A stretch of 25,211 nt of DNA from a virus (taxonomy: Duplodnaviria; Caudoviricetes), in IMG/VR virus record IMGVR_UViG_3300035148_000116, positions 1-25,211 of that record. One strand, written 5' to 3'. Both the position numbers and the translations under genes were made by a program. The notes below the pieces were generated by a model. That model had not been told where the DNA came from and made no database searches. It saw only the letters and a list, made by a program, of their open reading frames with translations. Below, in pieces: positions 8,428 to 16,513 of the stretch. The stretch's first letter is position 1, and every line of letters begins with the position of its first letter.

Positions 8428-10067
8428 AGGATGCCTCCAGACTCAACTACGATAACGTAGTTGGTGAAGATGGTTCCAGGAAGACCACGAATCAGAATGC
8501 GGATGCTACTAAAGTGACCGATGCCGTTTGTACCCGTCCACGCCTTGAATGAGTTAACTGACCCAACCCACTTGGCCTCGTCCCAACGAACTACGTCCCA
8601 CCGAGCGTAGTCATCCATTGCGAACGATGGCGATCCCGGCACAGACTGGAACGACCAGTCAGAGTTAATCTGTACCTTAACAGAAGGAGCCATGGGAGCG
8701 ATGAAGTACGGCTCAACCATGATGTACCGCTTGACCTTAGAGGGGTCACCGCACGGCACCCAAGCCGTCTGAACTTCGCCCTCTATGTCTAGTCCGGGCA
8801 TACCATCTAGGGTCTGTCCATCGGTATTACCTACGAACGCAACGTTCACTTCCCCAGAGTCTGTACCGAAGTACAGGTTGTCCTTAAAGAAGTTACACGT
8901 CCGCATGGTCATGCCGCGAAGCCACACGAACCCAAGACTGTTAATCTCAAATGCAAGCTGTCTATCAGAAATAGCCCGCGTGTCGGGCGTATTAATGATA
9001 ATCAGCTGCTCTGACAGCAGGTACTTGATTTCCCAGTAGGGAGAATTCAATGACTCCGATACTGTCCGGGCTAGTACCTGATTAACCTTTCCAGCGGCCT
9101 GCACGAAGTCGCGGAACTTCCCTGCGAACTGTAACAGCTCCGATAGAAACAGCAATCCGCGAGTGGTGATAATAGCGATGTCACCACCGTACTCGCTAAA
9201 GAACCTGCGGCCCACCGGAGGGCGCCCGTAGAACCATCGCCCAACAAGGCTGAACAGCGCCGGGTCAGCAGGGTCGGTGCCCTCGTAGATCAACAGGTCG
9301 CCGCCAGAGCCAAATACCACGAGCCTGTCGTCGATACCGTTGCCGCCGTCCATCGTCCACGTAGACAGCGCCTCAAGCCTGCCGCCGTTCGGGAACAGCG
9401 CACCAAAGTCAAACGTCTCCAGCGCACCAGCGACTTGGCCGATTGGAAGAAAGTAGGCGATAGTGGAGTCATTTTTAATGAACCACAGGCGCCCTTTCCA
9501 TATCGTAACGTAGTCCAAATCCTCTAGTGTCGTAGTGTCGCCCGACGGAAAGGTTACTTGACCCGGTCCAGCTCCAATCGTAACCTGAACCCATCCATTA
9601 ATCGAGTCGTATGTCCAGTACCCGGCCCGGTCAGCTACGATACACAGGTACGACTGTCCATCGGTAGAGAAGTTCGTGAAGCTAAAATTTCCAGGCTCAA
9701 GCTGAACAGGAACCGTAACCGCAAGAGTTGGGGAACCAGCGTCAGTTACGTCCCAGATCTCATTGTTATTGAGAGCGGCGAACAGCTTACTGAAGTCACG
9801 CCCTTCCTTTGGCGTGTAGTCCATCAGCGTATTCACCACTCCGCCCAGCGTATTCTGGTGAACTCGCCATCCCCTACGAAGCTCTACCCCATACGGCCTC
9901 GGGATAAGATTCGTAAGCACGACAGCATCCTTTGGATCCTGCTGCGTGATAGGGTTTAGATAATTCAGCCCTGCGACAGGCGCAGGGAAGTTGAACGACT
10001 GGTTCGACTGAACCGTCGCTACGCGCCTACCGAACCTCGTGCGTGGCTTGACTGTCTGTAGAGGCAT
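8424..10067 (-). CDS. Tail nozzle / hub protein (P22 gp10 / T7 gp12 position), 547 aa
   Basis: FPAPVAGLN...DAVVLTNLIPRPYGVELRRG N-terminus, beta-propeller-like W/Y/G-rich strands (WKGRLWF, NLYFGT), size and synteny after the adaptor. Confidence 0.75.
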   Translation of the reverse strand: MPLQTVKPRTRFGRRVATVQSNQSFNFPAPVAGLNYLNPITQQDPKDAVVLTNLIPRPYGVELRRGWRVHQNTLGGVVNTLMDYTPKEGRDFSKLFAALNNNEIWDVTDAGSPTLAVTVPVQLEPGNFSFTNFSTDGQSYLCIVADRAGYWTYDSINGWVQVTIGAGPGQVTFPSGDTTTLEDLDYVTIWKGRLWFIKNDSTIAYFLPIGQVAGALETFDFGALFPNGGRLEALSTWTMDGGNGIDDRLVVFGSGGDLLIYEGTDPADPALFSLVGRWFYGRPPVGRRFFSEYGGDIAIITTRGLLFLSELLQFAGKFRDFVQAAGKVNQVLARTVSESLNSPYWEIKYLLSEQLIIINTPDTRAISDRQLAFEINSLGFVWLRGMTMRTCNFFKDNLYFGTDSGEVNVAFVGNTDGQTLDGMPGLDIEGEVQTAWVPCGDPSKVKRYIMVEPYFIAPMAPSVKVQINSDWSFQSVPGSPSFAMDDYARWDVVRWDEAKWVGSVNSFKAWTGTNGIGHFSSIRILIRGLPGTIFTNYVIVVESGGIL

Positions 10068-10840
10068 TACATCGGTCCGCGGCCATAGCCTGTATCAGGC
10101 AGATTGGCGAGACCGAGGTAGGGGAATCCGGTGTCCCGAGCAAGGGTCAGGACCGGAGCCGCTACCGACTGGTCAATCACCTGCTCGATCCGACGCTGGT
10201 AGTCCAGCTCGGCGGCGGCGGTGTCAAATCCCTTCGCGGCCAAGAACTTAACGCGGCCGAGAAGCAGGATTGCCAATCCATCCAACATGAAAATGTCGCC
10301 ATTCTTCGAGGCGTAGTTCTTGTAGACTGCCGGGTTATCCCCGTCAATGACGGTTGCCCCTGACACATACATGAACGAAAACTTCGGGTACGCCGCCGGA
10401 TCTGTTAGATACGGCGGGTTCAACACCCAGAGCTTACCACCACGAAGCTGGAAGAAAAACGTCAGTTGCGGAACCCAATTACGAACTTGGTACATCCGCC
10501 ACGACTGGTCAGACACCGGCCCCATCGCTGGAAGCTGAGTGCTGTTGTTCCACTGAGTCTGGTCGATGAAGTACTGGAAGTCGTTTGGAAGATCAAACGC
10601 CTTTTCCTTCTGCCCCGGCGCATCCGCAAAGATTGGAATCTCACCGGTTACAACAAGAGGGCGCCACTTATAGTCACCAAAAATTTCTTGGTTGGCGTCG
10701 TTGGTGTGCGCGATAATCTGCGCGTACAGAGGGTCGGTACTTCCAGCAGGGTCACTGGACTCAGGCAAGTTCGTCCGCTTGCAGATGCCGTTTACTACGG
10801 TCGCCAGGTCTATCTGGGAGTAGAAATTTGAATACGACAT
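10067..10840 (-). CDS. Head-tail adaptor (gatekeeper) protein, 257 aa
   Basis: Helical N-terminus, FDLPNDF motif, C-terminal FLAAKGFD helix. Synteny immediately before the nozzle. Confidence 0.7.
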   Translation of the reverse strand: MSYSNFYSQIDLATVVNGICKRTNLPESSDPAGSTDPLYAQIIAHTNDANQEIFGDYKWRPLVVTGEIPIFADAPGQKEKAFDLPNDFQYFIDQTQWNNSTQLPAMGPVSDQSWRMYQVRNWVPQLTFFFQLRGGKLWVLNPPYLTDPAAYPKFSFMYVSGATVIDGDNPAVYKNYASKNGDIFMLDGLAILLLGRVKFLAAKGFDTAAAELDYQRRIEQVIDQSVAAPVLTLARDTGFPYLGLANLPDTGYGRGPM

Positions 10841-10851
10841 CTGCTATTCCC

Positions 10852-11493
10852 CTACTTCTTAGCCGGAACCGCTGCGGGCTTCGGCGGTGCGACTACCGGG
10901 GCGGCATCCTCTTCATCCTGGTGAGCCTTCACAGCCTGAAGCTGTTCTTCCAGCTCCTTGATACGCTTGAGAAGGGTCTCGCCGCTGGTGGAGGAGTCAA
11001 GCCACGCTTTCGCCTTGGCCTTCAGGTCGTGCGCGCCCATGAACCGGCCCATAATGCCGTCGTTCAGGTTGGCGAGCTGCTCCACCGTCTTGATGTTGAA
11101 GAAGCCGAACTCTTCGACTTGCGCCGGGGTCAAGAACGGAACGACAGCCAGCGGGGTGCCGATGACCTGATCCACGCCAGCCTTGAACTTGTTGTAGAGC
11201 TCACCGAACCGCACGATATCCTGCGACCACACCGGGCGCTGGATGATGTTGTGCTTGTCGCCGGGAATCATGATTTCTACGTACTCGGTGTCTTCGTAGA
11301 TCGCCCGGTTGGCCTCAGCGCTCTTATCCGGGTTCAGCCGAGGCTTCATGTAAAACCGAACGTGCAGGTTCTTGTCCATCGCAAAGCGATTGGTGTCCCA
11401 GTTGCTACGATCGGCGAGTTGCTGGTCGAGCTTGTTCCAGTCGGTGGGGGATGCGTTCTGCAGGCTTTCGACCTGCTGAGCGTTGAGTGCCAT
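10852..11493 (-). CDS. Hypothetical protein (213 aa, start MALNAQQ) with HhH-like segment and C-terminal coiled coil
   Basis: AAGGA SD before ATG 11493 (the ORF-track start at 11598 overlaps the previous gene). VRFY...YVEIMIPGDK motif, strong GC3 bias. Confidence 0.75.
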   Translation of the reverse strand: MALNAQQVESLQNASPTDWNKLDQQLADRSNWDTNRFAMDKNLHVRFYMKPRLNPDKSAEANRAIYEDTEYVEIMIPGDKHNIIQRPVWSQDIVRFGELYNKFKAGVDQVIGTPLAVVPFLTPAQVEEFGFFNIKTVEQLANLNDGIMGRFMGAHDLKAKAKAWLDSSTSGETLLKRIKELEEQLQAVKAHQDEEDAAPVVAPPKPAAVPAKK

Positions 11494-11540
11494 TTGGATT
11501 ATCCTTTTGAGGTTGCGACGGTGGTAGAGCACATCGTAGG

Positions 11541-11831
11541 TTAGTCGCGCAGCCCACGAAGAATTGGAATAAGACGCAGCCACGAACCACCGGCGCATTG
11601 GTCAGCCGCCGTAAGGTCAAACTTGCCCTTCATGGCCTTACAAAGCTCTTCCTTCTTGCCGGCGAGCGTAGCGACTGGAAGAATGACCGGGCCAAGTACG
11701 AGCGCAGAAACGCCTTCAGCGACATAGAGGCCAGCGATCAGCTTCTGCTCGGGCGTAAGCTCAAGCTTCTTGTCTTGCGCGAACGCGCCGAACGACAACG
11801 CAACGAGCAGCAGGGCAACAATCTTCTTCAC
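11541..11831 (-). CDS. Predicted exported/membrane protein (96 aa)
   Basis: GTG start overlapping the upstream TGA (GTGA), AGGAG SD. Sec signal peptide MKKIVALLLVALSFGAFA|Q, second hydrophobic stretch, two Cys. Confidence 0.65.
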   Translation of the reverse strand: MKKIVALLLVALSFGAFAQDKKLELTPEQKLIAGLYVAEGVSALVLGPVILPVATLAGKKEELCKAMKGKFDLTAADQCAGGSWLRLIPILRGLRD

Positions 11832-12391
11832 ACGAAGCTCCTAACAGGTTGGGATTGGGCAAGAATTGCGACGTCGTTAAACGTGAAGCTTCCTGCGGGA
11901 GCAGCAGCTCGCAGGTCGTACGTTGCATCGACCATCGTGTAGTCGAAGCCTATGATGTTGAATCCGATGCGGTTAGCGGCGCCGCTCGTGGTAACGGTCT
12001 GCTTGAACAGCGTCGGCGTACCGTTCTTGTATAGCGTGATCGTTACCTCGTTGCCGTTACCCCCTGCGATATCGCCAGTCGCGATCAGTTGCACCGTCGA
12101 GCCAGTAACGCCGTTCAGCGTACGAGTCGTAGACCCATTTGTCAGGTTGTTCGTGAAGAGCCCTGCCGTTGCCGCAACCGACTGCGTCATTGGCGCAATC
12201 ACAACTGGCGGAGTTGGGGCCAACGTCAGTGTCTGAGTCGCAAGCCTCAGTGCTCCGTACCCCGGAGACATCGTGTCAAGAAAGTCTTTGATGATAGTGC
12301 GTACGTCAGCCGCGCTGATTTCGCCCAGCGTGTTATCGGGCAGCGTAGCGTCCGCCTGCGCGAGTAACTCGTTGATGCTTTTGATGGTCAT
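11828..12391 (-). CDS. Putative virion fibre/decoration protein (187 aa) with possible C1q/TNF-like C-terminal jelly-roll
   Basis: Helical N-terminus LPDNTLGEISAADVR, Thr/Gly-rich beta C-terminus (VTITLYKNGTP). TAATG coupling. Fold call is inference. Confidence 0.55.
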   Translation of the reverse strand: MTIKSINELLAQADATLPDNTLGEISAADVRTIIKDFLDTMSPGYGALRLATQTLTLAPTPPVVIAPMTQSVAATAGLFTNNLTNGSTTRTLNGVTGSTVQLIATGDIAGGNGNEVTITLYKNGTPTLFKQTVTTSGAANRIGFNIIGFDYTMVDATYDLRAAAPAGSFTFNDVAILAQSQPVRSFV

Positions 12392-12654
12392 TAATTGAAC
12401 TCCAGCGGGGCGAAGGCGTTACTGAACGCCTTCAAATCAAAAGGGGGCGTCGGTGTCGCACAGCACACCCGCCCGTCGGCGTCAAGAGGGATGCCAGCGA
12501 CCCACGTTACAGGAGTTTGGTCGTATGAAACTACAAGAGCCCCCAGCTCATCTACTGGAAGGCCTCCAGCGTACGATACGATCGGCGCTCCAACGGCCAC
12601 ATGAATGGCCCCGTCAGCTTCATCGTAGGCGATACCTGCCGTCCACGCGCTCAT
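12391..12654 (-). CDS. Small structural protein (87 aa) with three internal repeats
   Basis: ATGA coupling. Three G[IL]..D..G.[ILV] repeats, FSNAF C-terminal motif. Confidence 0.65.
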   Translation of the reverse strand: MSAWTAGIAYDEADGAIHVAVGAPIVSYAGGLPVDELGALVVSYDQTPVTWVAGIPLDADGRVCCATPTPPFDLKAFSNAFAPLEFN

Positions 12655-13178
12655 GCTGGGAACACCATCTGAATGTTAAACTTCGGGTGCCCGTCACCAC
12701 CATCAACCTCAGCCGTCGCCGTCATAGTGTCACCAGCGTCGATTAGGTCAGCCAGTTCGCTGATCGTAAGCTCGACGCCACCGGGCGCGTAGACCTTGCC
12801 GAGGTTGCCGTTGTTATCAAACCAGACAGCTCCAGACATCGCGCGCAGCGCCGTCGTGTCTGGTATATTCGTACCACCAGGATTCGTGCCGCCCGTCTTA
12901 AGCACGAAAATGAACTTGTGCTCGTTGCCGTCGAAGATGTCTGTGCCCTGTCCCAGAGCTGCAGTCCAATACCCACGCACAAATCCGCCAGCGTAGTCAT
13001 CAAACTTCAGCAGGAACGTTTTGCCCGGTGGAGGAGTTGGGGCTTCTTCGCTGACCACCAGCGATCCAAGGTCTCCCGTCGGGGTTCCACCGTTGAAGTG
13101 CGGGTTGGGGAAGGTCGCGACCAATAAGGTCTTGATCCTTCCCTCCGCATCAAACGCGAGTACGCCCGCGTTAAGCAT
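12651..13178 (-). CDS. Hypothetical structural protein (175 aa)
   Basis: Operon position and coupling to neighbours. N-terminal repeats like those of the 87-aa protein, then a PTPPP linker. Confidence 0.65.
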   Translation of the reverse strand: MLNAGVLAFDAEGRIKTLLVATFPNPHFNGGTPTGDLGSLVVSEEAPTPPPGKTFLLKFDDYAGGFVRGYWTAALGQGTDIFDGNEHKFIFVLKTGGTNPGGTNIPDTTALRAMSGAVWFDNNGNLGKVYAPGGVELTISELADLIDAGDTMTATAEVDGGDGHPKFNIQMVFPA

Positions 13179-13181
13179 CTA

Positions 13182-13811
13182 TCACACCGGGGCCGCGTTC
13201 GCCGCAATGGACGAGCCAAACACCGACGCACCTGTCGGGATTGTCACGCCGCTGCGATTGACCCAGCCTGCTTCAACTGCGGCACCATTGGCCGTTGAGC
13301 CAGTAGCCGTCACAGTCTTAACAGTGAATCCAGTGAACGCCGGGCCAGCTCCAGCATCACGAGAACCGCCGTTGCCCGCCATGCAGAGGGCAACCGCCGT
13401 TTCGTCGTACGGGTTCGGCACAGCAACACCGTCAGATCCCGGCGCGTTGGACTGAGCGTTGCACCGGCCTCCGCCGATGTAGACCAACGTGGAGTCAATC
13501 GCCGGAAGCAGATTCGGCCTCGTGATGCCCGGTGTGTAGTCGTCGTTGAAGCCCGCCGCCCTGATCGAAGCCGGTGCTGTCAGGCCAAAGATGGGTGGCG
13601 AGCCGAACCCGATGCCGGTCTGCAGAGCGCCGGTGCTCAGATTCGTATCGTCCGCCGCGTACTCGGGGTGGCCTTGAGCGTCAAACGACAACGTCCTTCC
13701 ACCAAACGGCGAACCTTTCGGCCCCGACAAGGGGTCCAACATTACTGCGCGACCTGTCGCCGGGTTTCCGGCGTTTTCAGCTGCGCTTGACCCAGGAAGG
13801 GATGCTGCCAT
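13182..13811 (-). CDS. Putative capsid decoration / minor head protein (209 aa)
   Basis: Immediately downstream of the major capsid gene, AGGAG SD, Gly/Ala/Pro/Thr-rich. Confidence 0.55.
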   Translation of the reverse strand: MAASLPGSSAAENAGNPATGRAVMLDPLSGPKGSPFGGRTLSFDAQGHPEYAADDTNLSTGALQTGIGFGSPPIFGLTAPASIRAAGFNDDYTPGITRPNLLPAIDSTLVYIGGGRCNAQSNAPGSDGVAVPNPYDETAVALCMAGNGGSRDAGAGPAFTGFTVKTVTATGSTANGAAVEAGWVNRSGVTIPTGASVFGSSIAANAAPV

Positions 13812-13823
13812 TTACTTCTCCTG

Positions 13824-13875
13824 AAGAAAAAGGGCCGTAGAAGGGGTCTTGGACCTCAACTACGGCCAAGACCCC
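13824..13875 (-). terminator. Terminator-like element with two overlapping alternative stems after the capsid gene
   Basis: mRNA GGGGUCUUGGCCGUAG-UUGAGGU-CCAAGACCCC-UU-CUACGGCC-C-UUUUUCUU: 10-bp and 8-bp perfect stems interleaved, then a U-tract. Confidence 0.6.
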
Positions 13876-13884
13876 ACCACAGGG

Positions 13885-14850
13885 TTACGCGGACTCCAGA
13901 CGTCCCTGGAACTGAGCGCCGGACGTGGTCAGGTTGCCCGCCCACGCCAGGATCTGCACCTCAGCGTCCTGGTTGATCGCGTAGCGCCGGTTCGGCGAAA
14001 GCGGAACCATGTTGCGAGCGCTGTGCGGACGCAGGAAGATGTACTTCGTGTTCAGGAAGAACATCGTTTTGCTCGGGCAGAAGCCGCCGATACCGCCGTC
14101 CAGGACCACGTCAGCGGTCATGAACTTCAGCGTCGGGAAGCCGAGCTGGCCCACCGTCGGCTCAGTGAAACGCTGCTGAGCTTGCAGCGACGCCACATAG
14201 AGCGCCCACATCGTGGTGTCCATGGGGATGAGGTCCGGCCGGTCGTTACCGCGAACCAGCTGACCCCACACGGCGTTCATCGCACCTTGGATGGTGGACG
14301 ACGTCAGGGCCGCACCCGGCTTCGAGTAGACCGACTTCCAGAACGCCCACGTCGCGCGGTCGATGCCGCCGTAGGTTCCCGTGGTCGGGTCGACCGGCAC
14401 GGCAGCGTTCAGGCCCGTAAGCTCTTTGCCGCCAGAACCCGTACCGTCGGCGTAGACGCCAGCGGCCAGCAGGTTCGCCATCGTGCTTTCCGCAACGCCG
14501 ATGCGACCTTCCATCAGGTCAATCATCTGCTCACGCCCAGCGTTCTGGAGCTGCTCCAGGCCGGACATGATGACCGGCACGGCGAGCTGCTTGATCTGGT
14601 ACTCGGCGGCGCTGATGACGTCAGCAGCGGCGACCGGCAGCAGATCGTAACCCGAATACCATCCGCCGTTGGCGTTCTGCGCGAACGACAGCTCTTGGTA
14701 AATCACGTTACCGCCGGAGAACGGCTTCTGGTTGCCGTTGAGCTCCAGCTTCTTCAGGAGGGCGTTGTTCTTGGTGACGTTGTCCGCGATTTCGCGGGTA
14801 CGCGATTGGATCGTCGTTGCGACGATGTCCGATACATTAGGGAATGCCAT
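13885..14850 (-). CDS. Major capsid protein (321 aa)
   Basis: SDIVATTIQSR...ADNV..NNALL, W.SGYD.L, GTYGGIDRATW.FW, FLNTKYIFLRPH motifs of a widespread phage MCP family. Follows the scaffold gene, very strong codon bias, GGAG SD. Confidence 0.88.
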   Translation of the reverse strand: MAFPNVSDIVATTIQSRTREIADNVTKNNALLKKLELNGNQKPFSGGNVIYQELSFAQNANGGWYSGYDLLPVAAADVISAAEYQIKQLAVPVIMSGLEQLQNAGREQMIDLMEGRIGVAESTMANLLAAGVYADGTGSGGKELTGLNAAVPVDPTTGTYGGIDRATWAFWKSVYSKPGAALTSSTIQGAMNAVWGQLVRGNDRPDLIPMDTTMWALYVASLQAQQRFTEPTVGQLGFPTLKFMTADVVLDGGIGGFCPSKTMFFLNTKYIFLRPHSARNMVPLSPNRRYAINQDAEVQILAWAGNLTTSGAQFQGRLESA

Positions 14851-14897
14851 TTAAGGGCTCCAAATTGGGTTGAGTTTGGTATTTCTCTCGACCGTTC

Positions 14898-15938
14898 TCA
14901 GAGACGATCCCCTGCCGAATCGAACGCAGACGCAATGACCGCGCGAAGGTTAGCAGGATCCACCTGATGGGTGACCGGTTCCCCGGAGCCATTGATGGAC
15001 GAGCTTGCTTCGCGTGCCGCCGCAGCCCTCTTCGATACGTTCTTGGAGAGTTCCACTGCCTGTCGGTCCAACAAGACCTGTCGCGTTTCCGGGTTGGCCC
15101 AGATCGCCTTATCATAGGCGTCCTGAAGGTCCTTGGCCCTCCCAGACTCGAGCAACGTCGCCATATCAAGGCGGACATCTCGGTAAAACTCGTTCTTCGG
15201 GTCGCTGGCGAATGTTTCCAGCTCCGTCTTGAGCGATGAAACGAACTGCTCCTGCTGGCTCTGGTTGCCCGACTCCAGCGCGGCTAGACGCTGTTGGAGA
15301 GCAGCCACCTGCGGGTCGACTTGCTGTTGAGGAGGCTGCTCACCCATGATCAACGCGCCGAGGGCTTGAACATCCACTCCGTAGTACGAGAGGATTTCGT
15401 AGGCCCGCTGCGCCTTGTCAATCGGTGTGCCGTAGCGGAGGACAGCATCTGTCTCCAGCAGCTTACTCACGGCAGTCTTCGCGTCCGTACCCGCAGCACG
15501 GAAAGTGTGCTGATACGGAGCAACGATTTCGTTGATCTCACGGCCGAACGACGCGTCCTTCGTGGACTGGTTCAGGCCGCGTGAAATTTCAGCTTCGCGA
15601 CGGTAGATCTCTTCGCGAATTGTCGGGTCAACCGACGCCCACTTCTCGCGAGCGGCAGGCTTCCAGCTACCGGGAGCCTTCTCCAGCTTCTGAGCCAGCG
15701 GCGCTTCAGCCGGGGCTGCTTCTTTCTGGGTGCCGCCCTCTTGAGGCGCCTGAGCTTTGTCGGCCGGAGGTTCACCTTGAGGCGGCGACTGGTCGCCCTT
15801 CGATTCGGGCTCCGTGGCGGCGGGAGTCTCAGAGGGCGGCGAGGCGTCAGCGGCAGTCGCCGCTACTTTGTCTTCAAGCTCCGGCTTCTCGGCTTCGGTA
15901 ACCGAAAAGGCTTCTTCAAGGGCGTCGCGGATTCCCAT
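14898..15938 (-). CDS. Capsid scaffolding protein (346 aa)
   Basis: Acidic disordered P/E/A-rich N-terminus, APGSWK...W...DP..REEI.RRE motif, coiled coils, L.DAYDKA.W. Directly upstream of the MCP gene. Confidence 0.78.
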   Translation of the reverse strand: MGIRDALEEAFSVTEAEKPELEDKVAATAADASPPSETPAATEPESKGDQSPPQGEPPADKAQAPQEGGTQKEAAPAEAPLAQKLEKAPGSWKPAAREKWASVDPTIREEIYRREAEISRGLNQSTKDASFGREINEIVAPYQHTFRAAGTDAKTAVSKLLETDAVLRYGTPIDKAQRAYEILSYYGVDVQALGALIMGEQPPQQQVDPQVAALQQRLAALESGNQSQQEQFVSSLKTELETFASDPKNEFYRDVRLDMATLLESGRAKDLQDAYDKAIWANPETRQVLLDRQAVELSKNVSKRAAAAREASSSINGSGEPVTHQVDPANLRAVIASAFDSAGDRL

Positions 15939-16273
15939 TATCTCTTCCGTGTGGTGAGTTCGTGAATGGCACGTTCAATGTGCTCTCTTTTGACGGCGGC
16001 TCCCTTACCTTGAGTGACGTACTCCGCCTTCTTCTTTAAGGCCACGTCCCAGGTGGACTTGAAATCGTCCATGGTGGTCAGGCCAGTTTGCTTCAGGAAC
16101 TCACGGTGCTTCGTGCGGCTGGAAAGGTCTTCACCGTTCGGCCCGCGAGTGTTGGCATAGTGCGCGTCACCCCAGAGGGCACGGTCAGTGTTAGGAGCTT
16201 TCTCGGGAATTGGATCCACGCCGCGCTCATACGCAACGCCGTCCACATACACCCAAGACCTACGCCCTCCCAC
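15938..16273 (-). CDS. Hypothetical phage protein (111 aa)
   Basis: GTG start with GGAG SD, stop-start coupling. GP.GE.LSSRTKHREFLK motif of the kind seen between portal and scaffold genes. Confidence 0.7.
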   Translation of the reverse strand: MGGRRSWVYVDGVAYERGVDPIPEKAPNTDRALWGDAHYANTRGPNGEDLSSRTKHREFLKQTGLTTMDDFKSTWDVALKKKAEYVTQGKGAAVKREHIERAIHELTTRKR

Positions 16274-16476
16274 TACGCTCCCCTTGACTGTATTAGTGCT
16301 TCAGCCTGTTGACGGCAGTTGTCTTCGTAAGCCCCGGCGTACACGACATTACCTTGCGGATCCTTACAGCGCCAGGACTCACGCGTAAAGGTAATCGTGT
16401 ACGGCCAGTCAGGTGCGTGAAGAGTCGTAATTGTTTCGGTATACGGCTCGACGATGTACCCGACTGGGAGGCCCAT
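16273..16476 (-). CDS. Hypothetical protein (67 aa), probably leaderless
   Basis: Fills the gap between the portal and the 111-aa gene, TAGTG coupling. ATG lies 5 nt after a -10 box and no SD is visible. Confidence 0.55.
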   Translation of the reverse strand: MGLPVGYIVEPYTETITTLHAPDWPYTITFTRESWRCKDPQGNVVYAGAYEDNCRQQAEALIQSRGA

Positions 16477-16481
16477 ACGCT

Positions 16482-16510
16482 ACTGTACCACAGTCCTTGT
16501 CGGATTGCAA
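16482..16510 (-). promoter_or_regulatory. sigma70-type internal promoter
   Basis: TTGCAA-17 nt-TACAGT with extended -10 TG. Near copy of the terS promoter. Confidence 0.6.
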
Positions 16511-16513
16511 GAG

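Noticed and set aside
13780-13890. Capsid read-through or frameshift fusion to the downstream 209-aa protein, stimulated by the RNA structure
   Set aside because: The gap is 73 nt (out of frame), an in-frame TAA directly precedes the downstream ATG, no slippery heptamer is present at the capsid 3' end, and read-through adds only about 35 unremarkable residues.
13849-14967. 372-aa plus-strand ORF opposite the capsid gene (likewise 16454-17368, 10828-11544, 23570-24121 and other antisense ORFs)
   Set aside because: Shadow frames produced by strong GC3 bias of the real minus-strand genes. Arg/His/Leu-rich nonsense composition and no recognisable motifs.
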